A stretch of DNA of 64,000 nucleotides from an uncultured Acidobacteriota bacterium (GCA_963741905.1 CAVUJZ010000027.1:15769-79768), one strand, 5' to 3'. Shown: positions 10,301-20,754, counted from the stretch's first letter. The notes: generated by a model from the sequence alone, not told the origin. Translations and numbers: made by a program.

Positions 10301-11017
10301 CGAGGCGAAGAGTGTCGCGTACAGGATGGCGATCCCGGAGCCGTCCATCGCGTTCGCGGTGGTGCGATAACCGCTGGCGAAACGCATCTCGCAGACCACG
10401 ACAAGTCCCACTCCGCCCACCAGGCCGAGAACCATCCGGACCATCGGACTGAGCAGTCCAGCCTCGAACGAGTACTTCAGAAAGAAGATCGCGGCGAGTG
10501 CGAGAGCCACCCCGGCAATCCAGGAGAAGAGCCGAACCCCGACGAAGTTCTCCCAGTCGATCCCGCGAACCCGGTCGGTGAACGATGGGCCGGCCTCCTG
10601 ATGGAAAGGAGCGGCGGGTCGAGAGCTGGGGAAGGGTGGCTCGGGCGCAGGCGGTGGTGTTGGTGCGGGAAGGGGCGCTGCCGGTTCGAGCGGTGGCGCG
10701 ACGGGGGCCGCCGGAGGCGGGGTCACCACCGGAGGCGGGGCGAATGCCGACTGGGCCGCCGGCTCGTGCCTGGTGGGTGGCTGCGGCTCCGTAGGAGGAG
10801 CCTCGGTTGCCATCGCCCCCTCGGTGGAAGAACGGCGGGGAGCTGCCATCTCCCGGATCTTCTCCGCGAGTTTCTGGTTCGCCGCGATCAGCCGCGTGAT
10901 CTCGGATTCCAGCGAGCTCACGCGCCCCTGCAACGAGAGGGTGAGGATCAGCGCGACCACGCTCACTGCCCCGGACGCCAGCACTACCAGCGCCACCAGG
11001 CACGACAGATCGTCCAT
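7337..11017 (-). CDS. Large polytopic membrane protein (DUF2339-like)
   Basis: N-terminal TM + coiled coil + Pro-rich linker, WENFVGVRLFSWIAG, LGLLGGFATP, C-terminal LYRVGSLIGL; many TM helices. Confidence 0.85.
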   Translation of the reverse strand: MDDLSCLVALVVLASGAVSVVALILTLSLQGRVSSLESEITRLIAANQKLAEKIREMAAPRRSSTEGAMATEAPPTEPQPPTRHEPAAQSAFAPPPVVTPPPAAPVAPPLEPAAPLPAPTPPPAPEPPFPSSRPAAPFHQEAGPSFTDRVRGIDWENFVGVRLFSWIAGVALALAAIFFLKYSFEAGLLSPMVRMVLGLVGGVGLVVVCEMRFASGYRTTANAMDGSGIAILYATLFASHALWNLIPAALGFALMAGVTGLAVFLSIRRDSVFMALLGLLGGFATPALLSTGQDRPVTLFGYLLILNAGLAWVAYRKRWPMLSVLTLVFTTLYQWGWVARFLDESSVSLAIGIFLIFPLVTIASFWISTGEGEQSRRSLFGRTAALAAVVPLSFAFYLAAVPGYAAHRGLLFSFLLAIDIGLAVIAASARGPRLLHPLGALSTTFTFVIWSAIGYRHDAWPSILVWIAGFVLLYSLAPTVARRLRRPLVGGSEKAVFGAPVLLFMFAALALLEPLTAAPVLLFSVLAVLLLLVGFAAAIEDAPTAWMVGAVLTLIAEAVWSVEHLTADRVIDAVIVYAAFGVILAAVPMAVRRWKPDSEVGQSGLPMLFLGIFVLFVLATGPDPRAALPGLTALLLGLNLAMAREARHSRRPALAPIGTFISWMVLGGWWIAAENLEELRIGALVSLVLFAVMVVVAYGWLSRERAESTAVSGPSWLALISNLFLLAIAGSPSLSIPPWPWLVALGVIALAITVQAVRSGDGGLMALALGAGHFVLIIWVSMSGGAPWPSVAISAAAALAAMGLLAFAFARRRFGSQTAFRVPALIALFGAQFVLMFAVTQAGAPGSALLALIHGGLVIAILSICAIEDRHLAAVLAVVSSFAVVFLARGLGYHPGTWLFEMILGGITWLLFLGYPLVLGDRAKRTFEPWLAGVLAGVPLFFYARTGMLVRGLDSFIGLLPVIEAAVTSVLLIRLLKLEPRGERQTGRLAMVAGTILAFVTVAVPLQFDREWITLGWALEGAALIWLFRRVPHRGLLVWSSALFGVAFIRLSLNPAVFDYHPRSATPILNWYLYAYLVAAAAYFAGARLLPHLEDAWRQLSPLLVSGGTVLLFLLVNIEIADFYSTGRSLTFNFSAGLAQDLTYTLAWAVFAIGMLVAGLIGGSRGARMAAIALLLVSVLKGFLHDLMRLGGLYRVGSLIGLAFSLAIVALLLQRFLRTKAPAEPA

Positions 11018-11150
11018 CAGAGCCGATGGTAGCGGAAAGGGGGAGGAAAGGCGAAGAGCACCGTCGAGTCGTGCCGCGGAGCCTTGATGTCCCCGCGGCA
11101 CAACCCCGGACTCAGCGGTCGCTGCGGCGATTGTTTCGGCCGCTCGGGTT

Positions 11151-11453
11151 CTACGGCTGGATGGTGATGTGATCCACCACGCGCTTCACGCCGTTGACGT
11201 GAGAGGCGGCAGTCAGAATCTGCTGTTTCTGGGTCGCATTCGCCGCGTGACCCTGCAGGGTGACCACGCCATTGTCGACGTTGATTTCCACCGCAAAGGT
11301 CTTCTCCGGAACCTCGGAGGCGATCGCCGCACGGACATCCGCTTCCATCGCAGCGTTGTCGACATTCGAGGGGGTTTGCCGGTTCATCGAGCATCGGGCT
11401 CCGATCAGGAGCAGCATCATCGCCAGGGACACCATTGCCACATTTCGTTTCAT
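11151..11453 (-). CDS. BON-domain (OsmY-like) lipoprotein
   Basis: Signal peptide with Cys; INVDNGVVTLQG...VNGVKRVVDHI; RBS AGGAGG. Confidence 0.85.
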   Translation of the reverse strand: MKRNVAMVSLAMMLLLIGARCSMNRQTPSNVDNAAMEADVRAAIASEVPEKTFAVEINVDNGVVTLQGHAANATQKQQILTAASHVNGVKRVVDHITIQP

Positions 11454-11528
11454 CGATTCCTCCTATCCGTTCGTCAAGAAAACACGGTATGGACAGGTGC
11501 GGAGAGCAAAAGCCGAGCCCGGAACGGC

Positions 11529-11858
11529 GGTGAGACGGTGAGAGGTGAGACGGTGAGAGGTGAGACGGTGAGAGGTGAGACGGTGAGAGGTGAGACGGTG
11601 AGAGGTGAGACGGTGAGAGGTGAGACGGTGAGAGGTGAGACGGTGAGAGGTGAGACGGTGAGAGGTGAGACGGTGAGAGGTGAGACGGTGAGAGGTGAGA
11701 CGGTGAGAGGTGAGACGGTGAGAGGTGAGACGGTGAGAGGTGAGACGGTGAGAGGTGAGACGGTGAGAGGTGAGACGGTGAGAGGTGAGACGGTGAGAGG
11801 TGAGACGGTGAGAGGTGAGACGGTGAGAGGTGAGACGGTGAGAGGTGAGACGGTGAGA
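11529..11858 (+). repeat. Perfect tandem repeat (GGTGAGACGGTGAGA) x22
   Basis: Read directly; the 15-bp unit is built from the GGTGAGA heptamer. Confidence 0.97.
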
Positions 11859-11973
11859 GGTTGGCAACCCCGGAGGGTGGAAGCACCATTGGTGGGGTCG
11901 GGCCGCTGGCTCGATACCCGGCGGCGTCCGGTCGCGGAGGGCGCACTCCACCAGGCGGAAGAGGCCTGGAGTG

Positions 11974-13149
11974 TCAGTTCGCCACCTTCACCTTCGCTCC
12001 GTCGCTCACGTCATTGCCGGGATGCGTAATCACCACGTCACCTTTCTTCAAACCGTCGGTCACCTCGGCGACCTCACTGTTCCGGTGGCCGATGCGGACG
12101 GTGCGCACGCGGGCGTGCCCCCCCTCGACGACGAAGACGTTCCAATCCTGCCCATTGCGAAACAGTGCACTGACCGGCACCCGGAGCACGTCGCCATTCT
12201 CCCAGACGACGATGCGTGCCTCGATCCGGTAGCCGTCTCCGAGCGAGGAGGGAGTCTGATCGAGATCGGCGATCACGTTCACCCGCTGTTCTTCAATGCC
12301 GAGCGCGGAAATTCTGGTGAATCCCGAGGGCTCCACCACCCGCACCTTGCCGTGCAGGGGCTGATCACCGCCCCAGTCGTCGACGATCACCGGATCGCCA
12401 GGGCTGATTTTCACCGCATCGGCGGAGAGCACTTCGATCACCAGTTCGATGTCGCTTGCATTGCTGACGATCAGAAGCGGCTCCCCCGCGGTGACCACCC
12501 GACGGCTCCGTTCCGGCACGCGAAGAACCTGACCTTCGACCGGGGAGTGCACCTCGATACTTCGGGCGACGCTGGTGGAACTTCGCAGGGAGAGAAGGCC
12601 GGCCCGGGCAACCTCGAGTTGTGCGGATGCGGTCTCCGCCCGGTGACGTGCCGCGGCGAGATCATCCCTGGCCGTCTGCTCGGCCGTTTTCGCCTGGTCC
12701 AGTGTCTCGGCCGACGCGATGCCCTCGGCGGCAAGCCTGGCGATCCGTTGGCGGTCCTTTCGCGCCAGCTCGAACGCCGCCTCCGCGCGCGAGACCATCG
12801 AGCGTGCTTCGCGCAGCGACGCTTCCGCGGCGTCCACCCCTCCGGTCACTTCCTCCTTCTGGCGGGGGTCCAGCTCGGGCGGGGTGATCTTCGCGACGAC
12901 GTCACCCTTCTGCACGCGGCTCCCTTCGCGAAGATCGATCCGGCCGACCTCTCCCGTGACCGGCGCCGTGATCACGAACCGGTCGCGCACGCGCGTCTCC
13001 CCCTTCTCGTCCACGGTCACGTTCATCGGTCCTCGAGAGACGGTAGCGGTCTCCACCGGGACCGGTTCGGGTAGGAAGGCGAAGACGAGAAGAACCACGA
13101 GCACCACACCCACCAGGAGATAGATCAGAGTACGGCGTTTGACCTTCAT
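11974..13149 (-). CDS. Efflux periplasmic adaptor (MFP/HlyD family)
   Basis: N-terminal TM, barrel-sandwich/coiled-coil layout, [19 protein letters not shown]. Confidence 0.92.
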   Translation of the reverse strand: MKVKRRTLIYLLVGVVLVVLLVFAFLPEPVPVETATVSRGPMNVTVDEKGETRVRDRFVITAPVTGEVGRIDLREGSRVQKGDVVAKITPPELDPRQKEEVTGGVDAAEASLREARSMVSRAEAAFELARKDRQRIARLAAEGIASAETLDQAKTAEQTARDDLAAARHRAETASAQLEVARAGLLSLRSSTSVARSIEVHSPVEGQVLRVPERSRRVVTAGEPLLIVSNASDIELVIEVLSADAVKISPGDPVIVDDWGGDQPLHGKVRVVEPSGFTRISALGIEEQRVNVIADLDQTPSSLGDGYRIEARIVVWENGDVLRVPVSALFRNGQDWNVFVVEGGHARVRTVRIGHRNSEVAEVTDGLKKGDVVITHPGNDVSDGAKVKVAN

Positions 13150-13177
13150 GGGACAGGATCATCCTACCTGAAAAGAA

Positions 13178-13401
13178 GGTGAGAGGTGAGAGGTGAGAGG
13201 TGAGAGGTGAGAGGTGAGAGGTGAGAGGTGAGAGGTGAGAGGTGAGAGGTGAGAGGTGAGAGGTGAGAGGTGAGAGGTGAGAGGTGAGAGGTGAGAGGTG
13301 AGAGGTGAGAGGTGAGAGGTGAGGGGTGAGAGGGAGGTGAGAGGTGAGAGGTGAGAGGTGAGAGGTAGGAGAGGTGAGAGGTGAGACGTTGGAGGTTGGA
13401 G
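13178..13401 (+). repeat. Heptamer array (GGTGAGA) x20 perfect plus a degenerate tail
   Basis: Perfect from 13178 to 13317, degenerate to 13401. Confidence 0.97.
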
Positions 13402-13425
13402 GGTGACAACGGGGTGTCCGGAGAC

Positions 13426-13854
13426 TCACCACTGCGTTTCATCGAGATCGTCGACGGGCGACTCTCGGATCTGCAAAGACTCCGAACAGAAGAGCTCGGC
13501 CTTGGATCGCATCGATCCGAGCATTCGACCGACCGAGAGCAGTTGCTGGGTGAGACGTTCGAATGACTCCACATCGAGGTACTGGCATTGCCTCGCCACG
13601 CGCAACCAGTGCCGGGTCTCCCGCTGCTCTCCATCAGCATCCGTCAGTTTCGACACGAAATGTCTCACGTACATCCGCTTGGCCCACGCTTCTGCGATCT
13701 GGGCACCGACCGATCGGGATGATCTTCGGATCTGATCGGTCAGGGAGTATCTCTCTTCCGGTGGGAAGGCTTTGGATAGTTCGAAAATCTCGGACCAGAC
13801 CTCCTCAGCCCTCCTGTACACCTCCAGATCCGTGAAATCATTCACATGCTCCAT
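13426..13854 (-). CDS. Four helix bundle protein (23S rRNA IVS-protein/Avd-like family)
   Basis: [41 protein letters not shown] motifs. Confidence 0.92.
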   Translation of the reverse strand: MEHVNDFTDLEVYRRAEEVWSEIFELSKAFPPEERYSLTDQIRRSSRSVGAQIAEAWAKRMYVRHFVSKLTDADGEQRETRHWLRVARQCQYLDVESFERLTQQLLSVGRMLGSMRSKAELFCSESLQIRESPVDDLDETQW

Positions 13855-13904
13855 CTTCGCCCCCCTTGAAAAAGCACCTTAGCAGCACCAATCAACCGAT
13901 CGTT

Positions 13905-14090
13905 CTCCAACCTCCTACTCAACCTCTCACCTCTCACCTTCTCACCTCTCACCTCTCACCTTCTCACCTCTCAACCTCTCACCTCTCACCTTCTCACCTC
14001 TCACCTTCTCACCTTCTCACCTTCTCACCTTCTCAACCTCTCAACCTCTCACCTCTCACCTCTCACCCTTCTCACCTTCTCACCCCTCAC
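13905..14090 (-). repeat. Degenerate heptamer/octamer array (TCTCACC on +), inverted relative to 13178-13401
   Basis: CTCTCAC/CTTCTCAC/CTCTCAAC units; begins at the permease stop codon. Confidence 0.93.
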
Positions 14091-16459
14091 TCTCTCGTCT
14101 TCAGGACCTCGACGAGGTCGAGGGTGCGGATCCGCCGGTAGATCAACAGGCCCGAAAGGACTGCCGAGAGAACGATCACTCCGAAGCCGAAACCGTAGGT
14201 CTTCGCGGTGATGATCACCGGAAGGCGGTAGAGCTCCGAGGCGATGGCCCTGGCGATGACCGCGGAAAGGCCGTAGCCGAGAACGAAGCCGAACGGAATT
14301 GCGGCGAGGGTGAGGATCGCCTGTTCGCCCAGGAGCATGCCGGCGACCTCGCGTCGGGTGAAGCCGAGCACCCGAAGACTGGCGAGCTCGCGTCCGCGCT
14401 CGGAAAGGGCGATACGTGCGCTGTTGTAGACCATCCCCGCGGCGATGATGCAGGCGAAAAAGATGATCATGAAGGTGGAGATGTAGAGGCTCTCGGCGAT
14501 GGTCTGTTCGAAGCTCTGAAGCATCGCCTCCCGGAGCGTCACCCCGGCAATTGCCGGCATCCGCTTCAGCCGTTCGTAAAGCTGCTGCCGGTGAAGTGCG
14601 TCGACCTGGAGCAGAGCACCGGTCATGGTCATCGGCTCGTCGAGCATCCTGGCGACTGCACGGCGGTCCATGTACGCGGAAATTCCGATCAGTTCCTGGA
14701 CCACCTCGGCGACCGGGACCTCGACGACAGGCCGCGCGCCCTCCAGCACTTCGACCGTCACGAGATCTCCCGGTCCCGCATGGAGGAGTCTCGCCAGCTC
14801 GTCATTCAGCACGATTCCCTGGGACGGGATCTGAACGGTCTGGCCCCCGGCCTCCACCAGCCGTCGGAGATCCGATCCGGGTTCCATCGCGAAGATCCCC
14901 ACCCGGCGGCTGAAATGCTCGTGGCGGAGCCGCACCGGCACGGTTCGGAACGGCTCGACCTTCATCACGCCCGGCAGATGGGCCAGGGCGAACTTCGTCG
15001 ATTCCTGGTGAGGCTCGTAGAGCGCCACCGAGAGGTCTTCCCTCTGGATCTGGTGGAACTGGAGATCCATGATGAAATCCATGGCGTCGAACATGTAGCC
15101 GCCGACCACCAGGATCGCGGTGGCCAGAGCGATCCCGAGGATGGAGAAGAAGGCCTTCATTTTGCGGCGTGCCAGATTGCGGACGATGATCCGGCCGGGA
15201 GCGGAGAGGAAACGGAAGAGGCCGAGCCGCTCGATGATTCCCGGCTCGAAGCGTGGCGGCGGCTCCGGACGCATCGCCTCGGCCGGGGGCAGGCTGATCG
15301 CACCTCGCACCGCCCACAGCGCACCCACCGAGGCGGCCAGCGCGCTGACTCCCATGCCTCCCAGCACCAGAATGGGATTGACCTCGAATCGCAGGACCGG
15401 GAGCTGAAAGAAATCGGTGTACATGCGCGCCAGCCCATGCGCCAACCAGGTGCCGGTGGGAAGCCCGAGCAGACTTCCCGCTGCGACGATCACCAGCGCG
15501 AACTCCAGAAAATGCATGCCGATGCGCCCGTTGGAGTAGCCGAACGCCTTGAGGATCGCGATCTGGTCCCGCTGGGTCTGGACCAGGCGGGTCAGAACGA
15601 TGTGAATCAGAAAGGCGGCCACGCCGAGAAAGATCGCCGGCAGAACGATTCCGGTGACCCGGTCTCCCTTGATCTCGTTCGTCAGGTACTGGTTGGAGAC
15701 CTGCTCGTCGCGCCCGTACGCGCCGGTTCCTCCGTAGGGGCGGAGCAGACGGTCGAGATGAGCGATCACCGCGGCCTGAGTCACACCCGGCGCGAGGGAC
15801 ATGGAAACATCGTTGAACGCGCCATGCATGTCGTAGGCGTACCCCAGCGCTTCCCGGCTCATCCACAGTACGCCGAAGCGCTTCTTGTCCGGGAACAGAT
15901 CGGATGGCCGGATCTCGTAGACGTACTCCGGCGACATTCCGATCCCGACGATTTGCAGCGAGCGCCAGCGGCCATTGATGATCGCGCCGATCGAGTCGCC
16001 GAGATTCAGATCATTGCCGGTGGCGAACGACTCGCTGACGATCGCCTCATCCGGATGCCCGGCGTCGATCCAGCGGCCCCGGCGGAGAAACAGGTCGTTC
16101 AGGATCGGCGTTCGACGTTCGGGGATGGAGATCAACCGGCCCGTGGCCGGCTCGGTGAGATCGGGAACGTCGAGCGTCACGTCGACGACCACCCGGGTGC
16201 GGACTTCGGCGACTCCCGGGATGGCCGCGATCTTCGTTCGCAGCGACTCCGGGGCGCGTTTGGCCTGCGCGAACACGTCCGCGAACCGGAACTCGCGGTA
16301 GTACGAACGCTGCGACTCCTCCAGTGAACGATAAGCCGTCCACATGGTGATCAGCATGGCCAGCCCGCAGGCGACCACCAGCGCAACGGCGATGGCCTGA
16401 CCGCGCAGGTGAACCAGATCCCGGAACAGCTTTCGATCGAGCGAGCGCATCCGCATCAC
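14087..16459 (-). CDS. ABC transporter permease (duplicated MacB/FtsX type)
   Basis: [48 protein letters not shown]. Confidence 0.93.
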   Translation of the reverse strand: MMRMRSLDRKLFRDLVHLRGQAIAVALVVACGLAMLITMWTAYRSLEESQRSYYREFRFADVFAQAKRAPESLRTKIAAIPGVAEVRTRVVVDVTLDVPDLTEPATGRLISIPERRTPILNDLFLRRGRWIDAGHPDEAIVSESFATGNDLNLGDSIGAIINGRWRSLQIVGIGMSPEYVYEIRPSDLFPDKKRFGVLWMSREALGYAYDMHGAFNDVSMSLAPGVTQAAVIAHLDRLLRPYGGTGAYGRDEQVSNQYLTNEIKGDRVTGIVLPAIFLGVAAFLIHIVLTRLVQTQRDQIAILKAFGYSNGRIGMHFLEFALVIVAAGSLLGLPTGTWLAHGLARMYTDFFQLPVLRFEVNPILVLGGMGVSALAASVGALWAVRGAISLPPAEAMRPEPPPRFEPGIIERLGLFRFLSAPGRIIVRNLARRKMKAFFSILGIALATAILVVGGYMFDAMDFIMDLQFHQIQREDLSVALYEPHQESTKFALAHLPGVMKVEPFRTVPVRLRHEHFSRRVGIFAMEPGSDLRRLVEAGGQTVQIPSQGIVLNDELARLLHAGPGDLVTVEVLEGARPVVEVPVAEVVQELIGISAYMDRRAVARMLDEPMTMTGALLQVDALHRQQLYERLKRMPAIAGVTLREAMLQSFEQTIAESLYISTFMIIFFACIIAAGMVYNSARIALSERGRELASLRVLGFTRREVAGMLLGEQAILTLAAIPFGFVLGYGLSAVIARAIASELYRLPVIITAKTYGFGFGVIVLSAVLSGLLIYRRIRTLDLVEVLKTRE

Positions 16460-17178
16460 CAGGTGATCTCACCGGGAGAGACCTTCTTCTCATTGACGGT
16501 CGTCTCGGTGATCCGTCCGGAGCGCATCCGCAGGACGCGATCGGCCATTGCCGCGATCGCCGCGTTGTGGGTGATCACGGCGGTGGTCGTGCCGAGCTCG
16601 CGGTTGACCCGCTCGATCACCTCCAGCACGATCTTGCCGGTGGTGTAGTCGAGCGCCCCGGTCGGCTCGTCGCAGAGCAGGACGTCGGGGCGTTTGGCGA
16701 TGGCGCGGGCGATCGCGACCCGCTGCTGCTCGCCGCCCGACATCTGCGCGGGGAAGTGATCGACCCGTTCGCTCGAGTCCGACCAGCTCCGAGCGCCTCG
16801 CGCGGGTCCATCGGATGGCGGGCGATCTCGGTGACCAGCGCGACGTTCTCCCGCGCGGTCAGGCTGGGGATCAGGTTGTAGAACTGGAAGACGAAGCCGA
16901 CGTGCTCGCGGCGGTAGCGGGTCAGGGCCCGGTCGTCGTCGCGCGGTGAGGTCGTGGTCGCGGTAGACCACGTCGCCGGAGGTCGGCACGTCGAGGCCGC
17001 CGAGGATGTTGAGCAGCGTCGACTTGCCGCTGCCGGAAGCGCCGAGCAGGACGACCAGCTCCCCCTCGAACAGCTCCAGGTCGACCCCTCGAAGCGCATG
17101 CACCTCGACCTCGCCCATCCGGTAGATCTTCGTGATCCCACGGGCGCGAAACACCGGCTCCCGAGACACGAGTGCCAT
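16456..17178 (-). CDS. ABC transporter ATP-binding protein (LolD/MacB type) with two compensating frameshifts
   Basis: [28 protein letters not shown]; the segment [21 protein letters not shown] lies in another frame (~16790-16945). Confidence 0.9.
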   Translation of the reverse strand: MALVSREPVFRARGITKIYRMGEVEVHALRGVDLELFEGELVVLLGASGSGKSTLLNILGGLDVPTSGDVVYRDHDLTARRRPGPDPLPPRARRLRLPVLQPDPQPDRAGERRAGHRDRPPSDGPARGARSWSDSSERVDHFPAQMSGGEQQRVAIARAIAKRPDVLLCDEPTGALDYTTGKIVLEVIERVNRELGTTTAVITHNAAIAAMADRVLRMRSGRITETTVNEKKVSPGEITW

Positions 17179-17510
17179 TGTACGGGAAGGCGGAGCGCAG
17201 AACGCAGAAGGGAATAACGAAGAGGGAGCAATTCTTCCCGGTACGACTCCCCTCTCCCCGCGCAGAATGATGATTCGAAGCGAGAAGGGCGAAGCGGGGC
17301 GGGGGCCGGGGGTGCGGGGCAACCATCCCCCCGCGATTCCGTGTGGCTCGATTCGCGACGGCTGCCCCGGAGCGTTCTCCGCTCGCCGTTGCCGACGCTG
17401 CGTCGCGGACGCCCCGATGCGGATGCCCGCCGGCACGGGCGGCCGCGGGAGGCTCGGCTCCTGTGCGGCTCGCTTTTCGAGTCGCTGACGCACCGGAAGT
17501 CGCCCGTCCC

Positions 17511-17944
17511 CTATCGCCCGGGATGTTCGGTAAATAGCGTCCGGCGGAGAAGTTCCGGGTGCAGAACGTCGAAGTCCTTGTCCGTTGTCACGAGATGCGC
17601 ATCGATGGCCGCGGAAGTCGCAGCGATCCACAGGTCATTGTCGCTGAGAGCCTTTCCGACCGATCTCGTCCAGGAGTGAAAGTGCCCGAAGTTCTCCAGA
17701 ATCGGGCGGCGGTCGATCGGCACGACCACCAGTTCCCTCAGGAGAGCTTCCAACGCTTGCTTCTTCGGCTCGCCCCACCCGAAGCTCCGGCGAGAGACAG
17801 ACATTCTCCGATCGTCACCACTGAAATGAGAGGGCGTTCTGGCCGATGACGGATCTGGAATCTTGCATCGATTCGCCGCGCAATCTCGTTGTCACGAATG
17901 AGGTGGATGACGACGCCTGTGTCGAGAACCAGAGGCTCGCTCAC
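17511..17944 (-). CDS. PIN-domain (VapC-like) nuclease, frameshifted near 17790
   Basis: VLDTGV and ISVVTIGE in one frame; [10 protein letters not shown]...LVTTDKDF in the next. Confidence 0.8.
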
Positions 17945-18880
17945 GACAGCTCCGCGATGGCCGAGGCGAGCTCGTCGTCGCTTTCATCGCCGGGCCACTG
18001 ACCGATGATCGCATTGACTCCCGATCGCGGACCCTGGGGCTGCCGTAACTCCGCCGTCTCCATGACCTGGAACACGGGTACGGGGAGATGGGACCAGATT
18101 TCGACAGTTCCTTCCGCTAATTCGATCGATTCCGCCTCCAGTCTCAGCAGTCTGCCGGACGGGCGAAATACTGCCGTTCCGGAGACGACCACCATGGTCC
18201 CGAACAGGCTCGCGAGTTGTCCGGCTGCCACGCCCTCGGCAATGCCCTTGACGGAGGAGCCTTCATCGAGGAGGAGAGTGAACATGCGATCGCTGTGACG
18301 GATCGTGTCGAGGGTTCCGGCCACTCGGGCGCGCTGCGGAGGAGGCGTACTCACCCTCAGGCGCTCGACCGACTCGACCGCAGCGAGATCGATCTCCACC
18401 GGTAAGCTCGAATCCTGGCCATTCGTCAGCTCAATGGACGAGAAGCCGAATGACAAGGACTCCCGGAAGCGATGAAAGACCGCGAGCAACCCCTGGTCGA
18501 GTAGCTCGGAGTCGGTTCGGCCGGCGATGGCTTCGGTCAGGCTCTGGCGCATCAGGTCGACCGCGGAATCCTCCGGCGAGATCGGATGGAAGAGACTCTG
18601 TTGCCGAAATTGATCCGGGGCCGCGTCGGCAAGGATCGGCGCCTCCATGACCAGGACGGTGCTTCCCTCTTCGATCGCGACGAGATCGAAATCGGCCGCC
18701 TGGCTCAGCCATCCCGGCAAGGAGCCGCGAGCCGTACTTCGCCCTTCGACGCGCAACCGCGTCGCACCACGAGTCGCATCGAGAAGCACGTTGCTCAACT
18801 CGCGCAACACACTGGCGGCAACGCGCGCCCCGCGCGCCTGCTCACCTCTCAGCCGGATTCGATAACGTTTCGTGGGATCA
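17941..18880 (-). CDS. Hypothetical ~310-aa protein coupled to the PIN gene (candidate antitoxin/partner); start uncertain
   Basis: ORF 17941..18810; the frame stays open to ~18880 near a GGAGG but has no clear start codon; ATGA overlap with the PIN start. Confidence 0.65.
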
Positions 18881-18959
18881 GCCTCCGAGTCTCAGTTTAC
18901 CTCGGTCGTTGCAAGGCGGGTACTCGTTTCCGTCGAAAGAACACGGCACAGGTCCCTTG

Positions 18960-19225
18960 AGAATGTGGTTCGTGCTCCCAGGCCCGCCAAGCGCAGTCTG
19001 ATGGACTCGCTTGGGGCGGGGAATACAAAAATATTGAAGCAGTCGCCGTGGTTGTAGGTCGAGTCGTTGCCGACCCCAAGCCAGCCGCCGAGCCTTGTGG
19101 CGAACAGAACGTGAGTCGATGAGCTCAGACATCCAGGTAGGAGTCGTCCGAAGCGATGGCGGGACAGACTTGCTCTCAGCAATCACCTCTCCGCCTACAA
19201 ACTGAAACACGCGATGCCGAGCGGT
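18960..19225 (-). pseudogene. Fragment of an MmeI-like type IIL restriction-modification enzyme (target recognition region)
   Basis: Pieces RTARHRVFQFV and SSTHVLFATRLGGWLGVGNDSTYNHGDCFNIFVFP across frames resemble MmeI-family C-termini. Confidence 0.6.
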
Positions 19226-19904
19226 CCTCAGTCGAGCACCAGGGCGCCAAGGGTTGTCCCGAAGTAGAAATTCCCTCCACGCGGGAGGTGCGGAGCGCAC
19301 ATTCTGGGTCAAGGCTACCACCTTCAAGTATGCGATGGGGCTGAGACCGCGAGCCCAAGCCGACGAAGAGAAGGCCGGCGTGCTTGCCCGAAAGAACTGG
19401 GCGGTCCTGGAACTCATTGCGCGAGAGGCTCTCGACCTCGGATTGATCGCGAAAACCGATGCATCGAAAGGATGGCATATTCACTACGAACTGCATGATG
19501 ACGTTTTCGGTCGCCTGTCTGAGAAATATGGAGACCAAGTGATTCGATAGGTTACTTCCGTATTGGTTTGCCGAAAGCCCCCCTGCAGGCTGCCGGAGAC
19601 TGTGACGTGGGGCCGCCTCAGCTCGAAGCACCTTGACTCGAGCTCGCCATACCGATCCTCGGTACTTATCTGCAACTACCAAGGAATTGTCCTGCGTGCG
19701 TGTCGCGGCACCTGATCGAATCTCCGGTCATTCAGAACAGCTCCGTGAGGTGGTCCCGACGATTTCCTTCGTTACCTCGTTCACCGACGAACGAGTGGCC
19801 ATTCGGCCTCGAGTTTTCCGGGACGTCCGTGGAAGCGATCCCCCTCCACGTGCCGCTCTACGGGCTGTATGCATCGTGCCCGCTTTTCTGGCAGGATGGT
19901 GCTC

Positions 19905-20648
19905 ATGGGAACGATCGACGAGTTTTCGCTCAAGTACCGGCTGTTTCTCAAGACCTACCGGTGGAGAAGGATCGACCCGGTTCCGTGGACGCCGCTCCGG
20001 AAGCCTCTGAGCGAGGCGCGGGTGGCTCTGGTCTCCAGCGCAGGGCTGGTGCTGCCGGACCAGAAGCCCTTCGATGATTCCGTCCGCGGGGGCGATTACT
20101 CGTGGCGCGCAATTCCTTCCAGCACCGATCCTGCCGTGCTGATCGAGACCCACCGGAGCGATGCGTTCGACCGGAGCGGACTCGAGCAGGATGCGAATCT
20201 GGTCTTTCCGCTCGACCGGATCCGGGAACTGGCAGAGGACGGCTCGATCGGCGAAGTCGCCCCTCGCCACCTCTCGTTCATGGGATCGATCACCGCACCC
20301 GCACGGCTGACCCGCGAGACGGCCCCCGAGGCCGCCGCACTGCTCGTCGAAGACCAGGTGGATCTCGCGCTGCTGGTTCCCGTCTGACCGACCTGCAACC
20401 AGACGATCGGTCTGATCGCCGCGGAGCTCGAGCGCCAGGGAATCACCACCGTCTGCATTCAGCTCCTTCGTGAGGCAGCCGAGGCGGTCCGTCCGCCGCG
20501 CTCGCTGTTCGTGCCGTTCCGTCACGGGTTCCCTCTGGACAGGCCCGCAGACCCGGATCGCCAGAAGAGGGTGATGCGCGCGGCACTGGAACTGGCCGGA
20601 CGGGCCACGGCCACCCCTCCTCTGCTGGTCGAGTACAGCCCCCAGTGA
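19905..20648 (+). CDS. Selenoprotein of the D-proline/glycine reductase selenoprotein B family (PrdB-like), with in-frame TGA = Sec at 20385-20387
   Basis: [27 protein letters not shown], then [28 protein letters not shown]...[10 protein letters not shown] in the same frame to TGA 20648. Confidence 0.88.
20388..20420 (+). promoter_or_regulatory. Candidate bacterial SECIS element
   Basis: Hairpin CAGAC-GATCG-GTCTG (20400-20414); loop starts with G, 17 nt after the UGA. Confidence 0.6.
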
Positions 20649-20726
20649 TCCGTTCGACAGTGGGCAAACTTTCCGGTCCCGAATTGCAGACATTCCGGGC
20701 CAGGGAAGACCCGGGCTACTTGCCGA

Positions 20727-20754
20727 GTGGGCCGGGTGTTCCTACACCCGGCCC
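20727..20754 (+). repeat. GTGG-tagged REP-like hairpin
   Basis: GT-GGGCCGGGTGT-TCCT-ACACCCGGCCC; same geometry as the hairpin at the intron insertion site. Confidence 0.6.

Noticed and set aside
11017-12029. Repeat proteins (GETVR)n, (SPSHL)n, (TSHRL)n, and similar ORFs at 12902-14141
   Set aside because: The simple repeats lack stops in several frames; the ORFs overlap real genes and have no convincing starts.
19254-19550. 98-aa plus-strand ORF in the low-GC patch
   Set aside because: No recognisable motif or RBS; it may be a gene fragment but cannot be supported.
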